The position numbers and the translations under genes were made by a program. Shown one piece after another: positions 19,564-28,576 of a stretch of 64,000 bases of DNA (within the stretch, counting starts at the first letter, position 1; the number at the start of each line of letters is the position of its first letter). Source of the stretch: a virus (taxonomy: Duplodnaviria > Heunggongvirae > Uroviricota > Caudoviricetes); IMG/VR virus record IMGVR_UViG_3300045996_002451, positions 19,172-83,171 of that record; one strand, given 5' to 3'. The notes below the pieces were generated by a model. The model was given only the letters and a program-made list of their open reading frames with translations, ran no database searches and had not been told where the DNA came from.

Positions 19564-19635
19564 GCTGCAACGTGGGACTCGGACCCACACAAACCAAGCG
19601 TACTTAGTTGCTCTACCAGTTAAGCTAGTTGCAGC
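19564..19635 (-). ncRNA. tRNA-like RNA with a UACG tetraloop in place of the anticodon
   Basis: GCTGCAAC/GTTGCAGC stem, D arm, AACTAAG-TACG-CTTGGTT, T-like arm. Confidence 0.6.
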
Positions 19636-19680
19636 TCTCTGAAAACTGAAAGGACTCTCACCCACTCAGTTGCCAGAAAA

Positions 19681-19992
19681 TCAGTCGGACCAGGTAATCT
19701 GGGCGTCATCCCAGCGCACGTTGTACTCGACCGGGGAGACGGTGGGCCACTCGCCGACCCAGAGGATCTGAGTCTGCTCTTCGGAAGGCCCGTCGGAGTA
19801 AGCCGAGAACTCCTGTCCAGTCTGGGGACCCGTCAGGTTCTGCGCCGTGGTGAACCCGGTCCACGGATCGTAGGACCGCACCGCGCACGTTTCTACTGTG
19901 GTCGCAGTGGGTTCCGCGCGGCTCTGGGTGCCTGGAAAAAGAAGACTGGCTGCGAGGGCCAGGATCAGGGCGAACAGTACTGGGAACTTCAT
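19681..19992 (-). CDS. secreted hypothetical protein
   Basis: Signal peptide MKFPVLFALILALAASLLF; GGAGG RBS. Confidence 0.7.
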   Translation of the reverse strand: MKFPVLFALILALAASLLFPGTQSRAEPTATTVETCAVRSYDPWTGFTTAQNLTGPQTGQEFSAYSDGPSEEQTQILWVGEWPTVSPVEYNVRWDDAQITWSD

Positions 19993-20050
19993 GGAAACCT
20001 CCGTTCAGGTAAAAGATTACGAACTGCTCAGGTTACCCGAGCGTGGTTAG

Positions 20051-20170
20051 GTGGGGAAGCAGGAATCGAACCTGCGTCTCGATCTCCTCAAGATAAACCT
20101 TCAACACCGGCCCATTGCTGGACAAAAAAGAAGAAGGGTTTACGCGCCTTGCCACTAGGCCATTCCCCAC
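20051..20170 (-). ncRNA. YrlA-like Y RNA
   Basis: GTGGGGAA/TTCCCCAC stem, D and T arms; insert CCCTTCTTCTTTTTTGTCCA...TGGGCCGGTG...GGTTTATC. Confidence 0.78.
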
Positions 20171-20381
20171 ATGTGATCCGCTATGAAATTGAAACAGTCT
20201 GGGTAGGGACGGAGGTGCTGACGCCCCCACCCCGACTGCGCTAGGACCAACTACCTCGATTACGCCAGGCAGCCCACGAGAAGGCACTTCCGGTCTAGGG
20301 AGCACAGCGATCCCTCGCTGTTCCGGTCACCCGTTCTGGGTGGAGACAGTAACTCCCACCTGTTTACCTGCTAGTCCAATA

Positions 20382-20454
20382 GAGCGGGAGAGGGACTTGA
20401 ACCCTCAGTCTTTGGGTTATGAGCCCAACGTTTTACCAATTACACTATCCCGCA
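20382..20454 (-). tRNA. tRNA-Met(CAT), initiator-like
   Basis: TTGGG-CTCATAA-CCCAA with three G-C pairs; 1:72 mismatch. Confidence 0.88.
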
Positions 20455-20464
20455 ACAAATGAGG

Positions 20465-21070
20465 GTTAGGTAGGGGACGACCACCCGTTGTCTTGATCTG
20501 TCCCCTACCGTTCTCCAGAGTTAGACATCCCCGATTACAGCAGGCACCACACGGGAAGGCGCGTCCGGTCAGAGTGCAAAGGCATCCCTGCCCTTTCCGA
20601 CCTCTGTTCTAGAGGTTAGATACGTTAACACTCACCTGTTTGCCTTGTCTAACTCTTCCGTAGCTACTTCCTGACGGCTATCGCTTTTCGAACCTCACGG
20701 GAAGTGATCCCTTCGTCAACATTCAACCTACCCCGTATTAAACGGATCGATCTAGTTAACCACGCAGTAAACTGCGCCGGAGGAACGTGTCCGGTCTTGC
20801 GCTGGACGAACCTAGCTCAGACTACCCCACAAGGGTGGTTATCAGGTGGCCCGACTGCGTCTTGCGACGTCACCACGGTTGGGCCTTCTTCAGGTGTTAC
20901 CCCGAAGCCGTTATTTAGTTGTGATTGCGTCAACCTACACATTCAGGGACCACGGGACTAGCCCCCTGAACCCTTCCTGCGCCCCAGTTCCCGATTCCGG
21001 GCGCAGCTCTCCACGGTACCTCGCTGTTTGCACGTTCAAGAAAGTTCGTGCTCCAGCTTCCCTCGGTTGA
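20465..21070 (-). ncRNA. candidate large structured RNA(s), ~600 nt
   Basis: No credible ORF; many stems, e.g. 20469-20478/20500-20509, 20517-20527/20646-20656, 20848-20857/20876-20885. Confidence 0.5.
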
Positions 21071-21077
21071 CACAGCT

Positions 21078-21213
21078 TAGATGGACAAGGAGTTTTTGTT
21101 TGGGGGTTAGGTGGGACTCGAACCCACAACCTCCGGGCTATGCACCCGGCGCTCTACCGATTGAGCTACTCGTGCAGTGTGAGCGCGATAACCCAAACAA
21201 CACGGCCCATCTA
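21078..21213 (-). ncRNA. Y RNA-like stem enclosing tRNA D, anticodon and T arms
   Basis: TAGATGGGCCGTG...GGTTATC...D arm, CCGGG-TGCATAG-CCCGG, T arm...CTTGTCCATCTA. Confidence 0.72.
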
Positions 21214-21220
21214 GAAAATG

Positions 21221-21397
21221 AAGTCGAGCAAGTTAGCGCAGTCGGAGGTTTATGGCCGTGCGTACAGGGTCCCGAAGGCTGACCTGCCGTTTACACGAGT
21301 ACCTTCACCCAAAGGGCACCAGTACCCTCGCTGTGCCAGTTGCCTGGCCTGAGCTACCTTAGGACCATTAGATTACCGAAATGCTTCGGCTCGACTT
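21221..21397 (-). ncRNA. long Y RNA-like RNA with a non-tRNA insert
   Basis: AAGTCGAGCCGAAGC...GGTAATC...ACTTGCTCGACTT. Confidence 0.7.
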
Positions 21398-21747
21398 AAA
21401 ACTACCAGAGCGGTCCGTATACCGCTCTGGTCGCGGTAGTGCTTTAGTGCCTACCTCACTTCTCCCAGTCTCGTTGGGAGTTCCCGCCGACCTTATCTTT
21501 TAGCAGGTCAGTCGCTGCAGATTATGACGCTATCTGCGATCGTTGCGCAAGAGTCGTTATACGGCGTCTCTCCTGCCCTAAAGCTGGGCAGTTGCGCTCC
21601 AGGAAGCAACACGCTGCAACTGTTGTAACTAACGGTCTGTAAACGGTTTCGGAGTAAGCCCTTCCGCAGCCTAGGTACCCTCTGCGGTGCTTGTTTACAA
21701 ACGGTTGTCCCGTCACAGCGGACGGTGTGTCGCTTACCTGGCTTCCG

Positions 21748-22194
21748 TTAGGAAGTCGGTTCGGAAAGGTTGGTGCGCAGCAAATGAAGCATCCGCTTTG
21801 CTGGCAAGGACAAGGCGCCGAGATCGGTCAAGGCGCAGCGCAGCCGGATCTTCTGGTAGTTTTCCAGCAAGGCGCGCATGTAAGACTGACCTTCCGGGAG
21901 TTTCCCGTAGATACGCTTGATGACCAGAAACTTGTTCAAGGCCACGGCGGTACCCAGTTCGAAGTGGCAACCTCGAGAGGTCTCATCCCAGAAGACGTGC
22001 ACCACGTCCGCGTCCACCATGGCTCCCAGGTGACCGAACAGGATCTCTGCTCCTGTCGGGCAGGCTTCCATGGGAGTGTCCCAATAGGAGAAGACCGTGT
22101 GACCCTCGTCGCGAAGACCCGCTATGTGGGCCTTGATCAGCAACGTACGACCGGGTTCAGCAGCACGTACCGGACAGATCACAACGATCTTCAT
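21748..22194 (-). CDS. nucleoside 2-deoxyribosyltransferase-like protein
   Basis: VVICPV...ADVVHVFWDETSRGCHFELGTAVALNK. Confidence 0.6.
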   Translation of the reverse strand: MKIVVICPVRAAEPGRTLLIKAHIAGLRDEGHTVFSYWDTPMEACPTGAEILFGHLGAMVDADVVHVFWDETSRGCHFELGTAVALNKFLVIKRIYGKLPEGQSYMRALLENYQKIRLRCALTDLGALSLPAKRMLHLLRTNLSEPTS

Positions 22195-22225
22195 GCTTTA
22201 CCTCACGATGAAGTTGTCAAAGATT

Positions 22226-22294
22226 GAGCAGGCAAGTTAAGCGGGGCTGGGGGTGATCGTTAACAGTGATAACCCAATCCCATTCGGCCCGATC
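22226..22294 (-). ncRNA. minimal Y RNA-like hairpin
   Basis: GATCGGGCCGAATG...GGTTATC...ACTTGCCTGCTC. Confidence 0.72.
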
Positions 22295-22331
22295 AAAAAA
22301 CTGGAGAAAGCGCGCTGGCGATCTTTGCTAT

Positions 22332-22360
22332 AGCTTAAGCTACAAACAAACGCCTGTCAA
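22332..22360 (-). promoter_or_regulatory. sigma70-type promoter heading the Y RNA/Ro60 cassette
   Basis: TTGACA-17 nt-TAAGCT on the minus strand. Confidence 0.75.
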
Positions 22361-22534
22361 GGTCTTTCTTCCCAAAAGGCACCCTAAGCTAACAGGACGT
22401 GGCGATAGCTACAGGTAGGTTCGTCCAACAGCGCGTTAGGGCACGTAAGCGTCAAGAGATAACCGCGCGGCGTCACGTACTGGAGCACCGAGACTAGCTC
22501 GGCCTCACAGTACGGACACCGTCCCAGGGGCGCC

Positions 22535-22906
22535 TCAGGCCGAGGCTGGGTTTCCATCTGAAACCTCTGCTGCTTGGCGTAGTACGCGCGCCACGTTTTC
22601 TGCCGTCTGGTCCTGGCGGTCATTGAACATGGACAACGAGAAACCAGGCAGCAACGGACGTACGGTTTCCATGGCATCAGACACCAGGTTTGCCTGAGCG
22701 AACCCGTTCTGCTCATTGCACAGTTCATAAGCAGCCCGGGTCATTGCCCCGAGCATGCAGAATCTACACGCCTGGGGGTTAACCGCAAAGACCGGCTTGC
22801 CCGTGGCGTCAACCGCCATCGAGCCTTGATGCCACCCGGTTTCGATCAGGTCCGCAGCCTGGAGCAGTACCTGGCGCACACTTACGTTGTTCTCGAGACT
22901 CATCAT
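22535..22906 (-). CDS. hypothetical protein (DUF6197-like pattern)
   Basis: AADLIETGWHQG...FCMLGAM...FND..QTAENVARVL. Confidence 0.6.
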   Translation of the reverse strand: MMSLENNVSVRQVLLQAADLIETGWHQGSMAVDATGKPVFAVNPQACRFCMLGAMTRAAYELCNEQNGFAQANLVSDAMETVRPLLPGFSLSMFNDRQDQTAENVARVLRQAAEVSDGNPASA

Positions 22907-22914
22907 GACTCCTG

Positions 22915-23760
22915 TTACACGGGTACTCGGCGCGTGAGTTCCTGCCGGATCTCTTCCAGCATGGCGCCCATATGATTCTGGCCCTGTTCATCCGGCCCAT
23001 CGCCCCAGTACGCATCCCACGGTGCCGCATGAATGAGCGTTCTGCCCCCCGTAGCGAGGAGACGTTCTGCCAGCAGTGGGTGCTGATCGAACTTGGCCCA
23101 TAAGAGCTGAGCCATCACGTGTCCGCGTAAGGTGTCCCAGTCCGGGATCGCTTCGACCTTACCACCCAGCTTCTTCGCCGCTTCCGGGGTCGGAGCTAGC
23201 TCTACTTTGGTCCGCTCCTTCGGGTCTGCGCACTTGGCACCCTGATAGGCGTGCTCCGCAGTCAGCCAGAGCGTTCCCTCGAAGATCACGGGGTGTGAGC
23301 TGAAATTACTCAGCCAACTCCACTCCGGCGTCTTGCTGTTGAACCGAATGGCGTCATCCGGCTGAAACCGGTGGGGCCAGCGCTGCGCGGCTTCCTGGAT
23401 CAAGAGATGCGTGTGACAGAACTGATTGTCGGCACAATAGCAACAGAGCACCGCGCGGCCCTTCTTTTCCAGACCAAAGAGATAGAGCTGTCGCCAGGAG
23501 GCTCCGGCAGACCGCATGATCGCCTGGTACTGCTCAGTATACTCGGCGTCGCTCAGCGGTGGGTAGCCTGGGTACGGCATCGGGAGACCGCGCTGGAGCG
23601 CCGTGTGATTCTTGTGTCCCAGGACCATCGGCCAGTTAGGCGCGAAGCCGCGGGCCCAGTCTTTACCGCTCTTGACCGTCACGTCCACGTAGTGGTCTAG
23701 CAGTGGGGTGGAGCCGCGTAGTTGGGCCCGGCGTAATTGGACTACCTGGATCTCACTCAT
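22915..23760 (-). CDS. NADAR (YbiA) domain protein with an N-terminal Cys/His domain
   Basis: WLSNFS, TAEHAYQGAK, AKFDQH, LLATG, DAYWG, GQNHMG..LEEIR; N-term LCCYC...CH. Confidence 0.88.
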   Translation of the reverse strand: MSEIQVVQLRRAQLRGSTPLLDHYVDVTVKSGKDWARGFAPNWPMVLGHKNHTALQRGLPMPYPGYPPLSDAEYTEQYQAIMRSAGASWRQLYLFGLEKKGRAVLCCYCADNQFCHTHLLIQEAAQRWPHRFQPDDAIRFNSKTPEWSWLSNFSSHPVIFEGTLWLTAEHAYQGAKCADPKERTKVELAPTPEAAKKLGGKVEAIPDWDTLRGHVMAQLLWAKFDQHPLLAERLLATGGRTLIHAAPWDAYWGDGPDEQGQNHMGAMLEEIRQELTRRVPV

Positions 23761-23870
23761 CAGCGCGTCTCCTTCTTAGTAGAGGTGGGAGCCTGGACTT
23801 AACCCTCTCCCACCCCTACACGCAATCTTCCCTAAAGGCACCCCTTACCAAAAGAGGGTCACTGCGCCTT

Positions 23871-24317
23871 CTACGTTCGGGGAAGCTTGAGATTCTTTCG
23901 TAAGGCAAACCCCCGAAGACGATGTTCCACCTGGACGTGATAGGTCTCGAGATTGCTAGACATAGCGGCGTCATCGTGTAACTTTTGCAACTCTTCTAGG
24001 AAGGCGAGCCGGTTCTTCTCCGCGGTTAAACCGAAGCATGCGTTCAACTGCGGAAAGCTGCGACAAAGAAGGTCAAGCGAACTGGCTTTCTCCATCTCGG
24101 GAACATAGAGTTCGTCCGGGATCAAGGCGCCGACAAAGCAGCGAACCGGATCCGCTGCTTTTAACGAAGCCCGGAAGGTACAGACTCCGGTTTCACCAGA
24201 GGGGTCTTGAGATAGGCTGGGCGGGGTGCGCTTGACTACTGCCAGGTCCCAGACCTTGTCGAAGATCTCTTGCTGGGTCAGCGGCGTTTCAGGCAGCTTG
24301 TAGTTGTTCTGGCTCAT
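23871..24317 (-). CDS. paralog family A member
   Basis: QEIFD...CTFR...RCFVGALIPDELYVPEME...LQKLHD. Confidence 0.7.
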   Translation of the reverse strand: MSQNNYKLPETPLTQQEIFDKVWDLAVVKRTPPSLSQDPSGETGVCTFRASLKAADPVRCFVGALIPDELYVPEMEKASSLDLLCRSFPQLNACFGLTAEKNRLAFLEELQKLHDDAAMSSNLETYHVQVEHRLRGFALRKNLKLPRT

Positions 24318-24678
24318 CGCTAAGTCCTTCGACGGGGTTGGTCAGTGCGTCCATACGCTGGCGATCATGCTGGGTAGCATACTCGCCAAGAAAGTACGAG
24401 TTGGAAAAGGTGACGTTCCAGTCGCTGAAGAAGATGAACAACAAGCTGCCGTTCTGCTGACGCAGTACGTAGCCTTCGTGGTTGTCGGGTCGACTATTCG
24501 CACGCTTGGCCAACGTCTGGTGCAGCTTCTGAAAGTCGCTCTGTCCATTATACTTGATGCGCAGGAACGCATCCTGGGGCCAGGCGTGGCGGTAGGTGAA
24601 GTGGTGGCCGATCTCGGCATCGTACAGCTCTACGTCAAACTCGGGCATGCTACCCTCCAAAAACAGGTAATTAGCAGT

Positions 24679-25263
24679 CTAGGACCTGCTTTGATGAATG
24701 ATTTCCGCAAACAACTGGCGCAGCCGCTCGGGATCCAACGGTTGGTGGTACTCCGCTTCCGCCACCTCTAGCAGGGCACGATCCGTATGGTAGAGCTGGT
24801 GCAGGCCCTGCTCCGTGATGATGACCGGAGGCTGCGCTGCTCCCTTTAACCGTGCCGCATCTTCCTGGTTAACACGCACCATCTGCTCACCGAGATGTCG
24901 CCACAGAATGTTTAACCCGTGCAAGGCTTCGGCGGGCGTTTCGCCGGTGCTATTGAGCGCGTTGATACCTAGTTGGGGGATCGTGGCCGTGTAGCCGCCG
25001 CCTTCTTCCGGGGTCAACCGACGCACCGCGACCAGGTAGGGATGTTCAAACGGTGAACACGCCAGCTTTTCCAGCTCCGCAATGTAGTCGCCTTGCTTAA
25101 CGTTCTGGATCCGAAGATTTTCCAGCGTCTTGGCGATCGAGAACAGGCGATCCAGCAGTTGCTCCTGCTTGGCGCCTGCCTTGCTTTGCTGCTGTTGGAT
25201 GAGGTACGCCAGGAGCAGTAGCAAGGCGGCACAGAAAAGCTCCACGACTAAGGTCACACTCAT
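24679..25263 (-). CDS. membrane-anchored protein with a HicB-like segment
   Basis: N-terminal TM helix; EEGGGYTATIPQLG...GETPAEAL. Confidence 0.55.
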   Translation of the reverse strand: MSVTLVVELFCAALLLLLAYLIQQQQSKAGAKQEQLLDRLFSIAKTLENLRIQNVKQGDYIAELEKLACSPFEHPYLVAVRRLTPEEGGGYTATIPQLGINALNSTGETPAEALHGLNILWRHLGEQMVRVNQEDAARLKGAAQPPVIITEQGLHQLYHTDRALLEVAEAEYHQPLDPERLRQLFAEIIHQSRS

Positions 25264-25628
25264 GGTGAGGCTCGCAGTTCTTGTAAGAGGCTGCGAACTT
25301 GCAGCGCGGTGAGTTGATTGTCGTGGTCCTGGCTGCGTTTGTCCAGGAGCTGGATGAACGACTGGAACTGGGGGTCCAGTCGGTAGTGCTGACCGTCGGC
25401 GCAGAACTTGTCGTAACCGACTTCTGCACGGGGGAAACCGTGTTGCCGCAGGAACGTTGCGACCACGCACCGATGCGGTGCTTGCGGATGGGTCCAGCGT
25501 ATCGGCAAGTAGAGCAGCGCTTCTTCCGGCTGGGTGTACACCCATTGCTCCAAGGCCGCAAAAGAAACCGTAGCCGGAGCAGGCACGACGCGTGCCCGAC
25601 CGGTTAGCGAGTGAGTTTGTTCAGGCAT
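25260..25628 (-). CDS. hypothetical protein
   Basis: 122 aa, GGAG RBS. Confidence 0.55.
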   Translation of the reverse strand: MPEQTHSLTGRARVVPAPATVSFAALEQWVYTQPEEALLYLPIRWTHPQAPHRCVVATFLRQHGFPRAEVGYDKFCADGQHYRLDPQFQSFIQLLDKRSQDHDNQLTALQVRSLLQELRASP

Positions 25629-25703
25629 CCACGTACTCCAGGTAGTCCCTAGCGTAGTACCCGACCCATCTTGCAGGTCGCCGGGTACTACGCTAGGAAA
25701 GGG

Positions 25704-26087
25704 TCAGGCCGCGTCTTTTCGTTGGTCCAGAACGGCTTGAGCGTAGCTTTGCAAGTAGGGGACCAGTACTTCCAGTCCTACCAGCGCACCTAAGAGGTCA
25801 AATGAGAGCGCGATGAACACCTGATCCTCCGGATCAGGGCGTGCGCAAAAGTCATTGCAGATGGTGTAGTCGCCATTTGCCATGTACTTGTAGTCACCGA
25901 CGTGTCCAAGCAAGCAGCGCCGTTGAAGCGCGTCACAACGGCTCTCACGACGCCAGCTTGGTAAGGGCGCATCGATCACACGCTGTAAGGCTGCAGGGCT
26001 GGTCTTATCGAGCAGCCTCTCCAGCCGGAGTAAACGCGTTTGGTTGGTTGCTGATAGTTCCCCGATTGCGGTCGGTTTAGTTACCAT
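25704..26087 (-). CDS. paralog family B member
   Basis: ALQRVIDAP...RCLLGHVGDY. Confidence 0.7.
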   Translation of the reverse strand: MVTKPTAIGELSATNQTRLLRLERLLDKTSPAALQRVIDAPLPSWRRESRCDALQRRCLLGHVGDYKYMANGDYTICNDFCARPDPEDQVFIALSFDLLGALVGLEVLVPYLQSYAQAVLDQRKDAA

Positions 26088-26461
26088 CCAAGAAAACTCC
26101 TTAACGCGGCATCCGAGACGCAGCCATCTAAGATGTCGTCCAGTAGGTGCACGATGCGCAGGTGACTCAAGCGTACCTTGTCGTGGGTTTGCTTGGCTTG
26201 CTCGGCGTGGTGCGTGCGTTCTCGCACCAGGTTTTTCCGCGGTTCGGACCACGTCTTTTCCGGATCAAGCGGTTGAACGTAGCTGCTCTTGCCCGCATCA
26301 TCCAGAAACGGGCAGTGGACTGTGCCGTCAGGACGGATCCGACTGGCATGCACGCGATGCGGCGCGGCACCATCCAGTTGGAGCGTGAACGCATGGACGC
26401 GCGTGCCGCGGAGGATGTAACCGGGATGGTTCCCGTCTTCGAAAATGATCTGCTCCAACAT
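26081..26461 (-). CDS. hypothetical protein
   Basis: 126 aa, AGGAG RBS. Confidence 0.55.
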   Translation of the reverse strand: MLEQIIFEDGNHPGYILRGTRVHAFTLQLDGAAPHRVHASRIRPDGTVHCPFLDDAGKSSYVQPLDPEKTWSEPRKNLVRERTHHAEQAKQTHDKVRLSHLRIVHLLDDILDGCVSDAALRSFLGW

Positions 26462-26497
26462 GGTAGCAACTCCTGTATGACGTGTGTTACACGGGTA

Positions 26498-26887
26498 TCA
26501 ACGCGAGCCCCGTCGCTTGGCCTCAAACCACTCCAACTCCAGCTCTTGTAGGCTGACCGGACGGAGTTCTGGAAAGAACAGCGTCGGATCCCAAGGCTCT
26601 TCGTAGCGGAGCAGTTCCTCGGCGCGCTGCTTCAGCTCCCAGTTACCGCTGTAACCATTACACACGTAGGCCAGTTCACAGCCGGTGGTGTGAGGGTTGA
26701 CGAACAGGTGAATGTCCGTCTCGATGCGGGTAGCGAGGAGACGTAGGGAACAACGCAGGTACGTCATCATCTCGGCGTCGGCATCCGCCAACTCGATCGC
26801 CAGGTCTAACGCGCGCGCCTGGAGAGGGTCGTTGTTCCAGGATCCCAGCACGTACAGCGTGTTGAGGCGTAGTTTAATGTTCTTCAT
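26498..26887 (-). CDS. hypothetical protein
   Basis: 129 aa, GAGGTG RBS. Confidence 0.6.
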   Translation of the reverse strand: MKNIKLRLNTLYVLGSWNNDPLQARALDLAIELADADAEMMTYLRCSLRLLATRIETDIHLFVNPHTTGCELAYVCNGYSGNWELKQRAEELLRYEEPWDPTLFFPELRPVSLQELELEWFEAKRRGSR

Positions 26888-26896
26888 TCGGCACCT

Positions 26897-27289
26897 CTAT
26901 GGAGCAGGGATCGACAACTGCTGTTTTGCGGCGAGCGTCTCAAGTCTACGCTGCAAGGTCTCTCTGAACGCTTTGTGAGAAGCAGCAGTATGACTATCAT
27001 CCTCGTTAAAAGCAGCTTGATCGTGCTGAACCTGAAGCTCCGACAGCAGCTCCTTCAGCGGCAGCAGATCCGCCAGGACTTCCGGATAGTGCTCGAAGAG
27101 ATCAAAGGCGACGTAGCCTTCCATCTCAGGATCGTACTGCTCATCGGGAATAAACAGTCCCAAGGCACAGCGCCGACCATCAGACATTCGGTACCGGCAG
27201 ACACCCAGCTCGTGGATGCTGGGTGGGTGGTTTTCGTGGATGAAGTGCCGGTAGACACGGTTAAAGGCTTCTTGTGCAGTGATAACCAT
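26897..27289 (-). CDS. paralog family A member
   Basis: CRYR...RCALGLFIPDEQYDPEME...LQVQHD. Confidence 0.72.
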   Translation of the reverse strand: MVITAQEAFNRVYRHFIHENHPPSIHELGVCRYRMSDGRRCALGLFIPDEQYDPEMEGYVAFDLFEHYPEVLADLLPLKELLSELQVQHDQAAFNEDDSHTAASHKAFRETLQRRLETLAAKQQLSIPAP

Positions 27290-27292
27290 CGC

Positions 27293-27736
27293 TTAGCCCT
27301 CCGGGTGGGGTGGTAACGTAAAGCCAAAGAGCTTGGCAAGGCTGTTAAGCCTACAGGCTACCCGATCGGTGAAATCGTTCTCTGCGTAGCGTGCGCCTAG
27401 GTAATGCGAACTCTCGACAGCCGAGGTGTCGTGCACACACTGCAGTTCTCGTAAAAGCTGCTTGTACGGCTTTAAGAACGCCAGCTCCGAAAAGGACTCA
27501 AGCAAGCTATTGGAGTCGTTACACTCCATCTCAGGTTTGTACAACACGTCAGGGATGTGTAGCCCCAAAGCACACCGGCTGCCGTTCGGGCCACGATAAA
27601 GACAAGCAGACAATACTCCCGAAGGTGTATAGAGTGCGGCAGGTGCGCTGCGCTCGTAAACAAACGCGGTGTATGTGCGATCGAACAGGAGCTGCGCGTA
27701 AGCCCGCTCCTCGGAAGTCTCAAACGAGGTGCTCAT
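27293..27736 (-). CDS. paralog family A member
   Basis: CLYRG...RCALGLHIPDVLYKPEME...LQCVHD. Confidence 0.72.
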   Translation of the reverse strand: MSTSFETSEERAYAQLLFDRTYTAFVYERSAPAALYTPSGVLSACLYRGPNGSRCALGLHIPDVLYKPEMECNDSNSLLESFSELAFLKPYKQLLRELQCVHDTSAVESSHYLGARYAENDFTDRVACRLNSLAKLFGFTLPPHPEG

Positions 27737-27739
27737 GGG

Positions 27740-28183
27740 TTATCCCTCCAAACATGGCGGCAGCGTGAGTTTGAACTGCATCGCCACCACGCGGAACTCG
27801 GTTTCAATCGCCTGGGTGAAATCTACCTGTCCCTCAGCAACAACTTCGGGACAGTACTTGTAATGTGCCGCGCGGTCGTGTGCTGATTGCAAGCTTTGCA
27901 TGAGTAGGATGACAGGTTGCAGGAACGCCAGGCCTGCATACTTATGGATCACAGCGTCGGCGTTAACGCTTTCCATCCGACTGTCATAAACCGCATCGGG
28001 GATGTGCAGCCCCAGCGCGCAACGTTCCCCCTTATGGCCCCGGTAGAGACAGACGACTTCTCCAAGGTCGACGTTGCCATCAAACGAAGGCGGATACCGA
28101 TCATACACGAAAGCGATGTACGTGCGGTCAAAGAAGAGCTGATCAAGCTCCTGCTGCGTCAGTTGGGAGAGCTGGTTCATCAC
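27740..28183 (-). CDS. paralog family A member
   Basis: CLYRG...RCALGLHIPDAVYDSRME...LQSAHD. Confidence 0.72.
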   Translation of the reverse strand: MMNQLSQLTQQELDQLFFDRTYIAFVYDRYPPSFDGNVDLGEVVCLYRGHKGERCALGLHIPDAVYDSRMESVNADAVIHKYAGLAFLQPVILLMQSLQSAHDRAAHYKYCPEVVAEGQVDFTQAIETEFRVVAMQFKLTLPPCLEG

Positions 28184-28192
28184 ACACTCCAG

Positions 28193-28576
28193 TTATACCG
28201 GCAAGGTATCAGGCAAGACGTACGGATCATGTTGATCGAGCTGGAAAAGGTGGTCGAACTCATCCTGCTCGGAGACGCCTGCGTCCGGATCGGTCTCGAC
28301 CATGTCTACGACCTGATTGATCTGCTCTGGCAGCCGGACGGCGATGTAGTACTCGCCGGTCGAGAGGTCCTCGACCATGATGCGCAGGCACGGCTCTACT
28401 TCGCTGTCCGCGAAGTCGCGAGAGGTTGACTGGAACACCGGCATGGGCGTGTCCTGAAACATGATGCATGCTTCGCCATTGACCGTGACCCAGTTGCCGT
28501 CGCTATCGCCGCGGGTTGATGCGTTGAAGAAGTTCATAGTTTTCTCAAAGGCTAGCAAGTAGGCGCTAGCAACCAT
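28193..28576 (-). CDS. acidic hypothetical protein
   Basis: ORF in the gene run; start uncertain. Confidence 0.55.
   Translation of the reverse strand: MVASAYLLAFEKTMNFFNASTRGDSDGNWVTVNGEACIMFQDTPMPVFQSTSRDFADSEVEPCLRIMVEDLSTGEYYIAVRLPEQINQVVDMVETDPDAGVSEQDEFDHLFQLDQHDPYVLPDTLPV

Noticed and set aside
17695-20170. Intron-containing tRNAs
   Set aside because: The inserts are too short for group I introns, removing them does not restore a normal anticodon loop, and they carry the shared Y-type stem.
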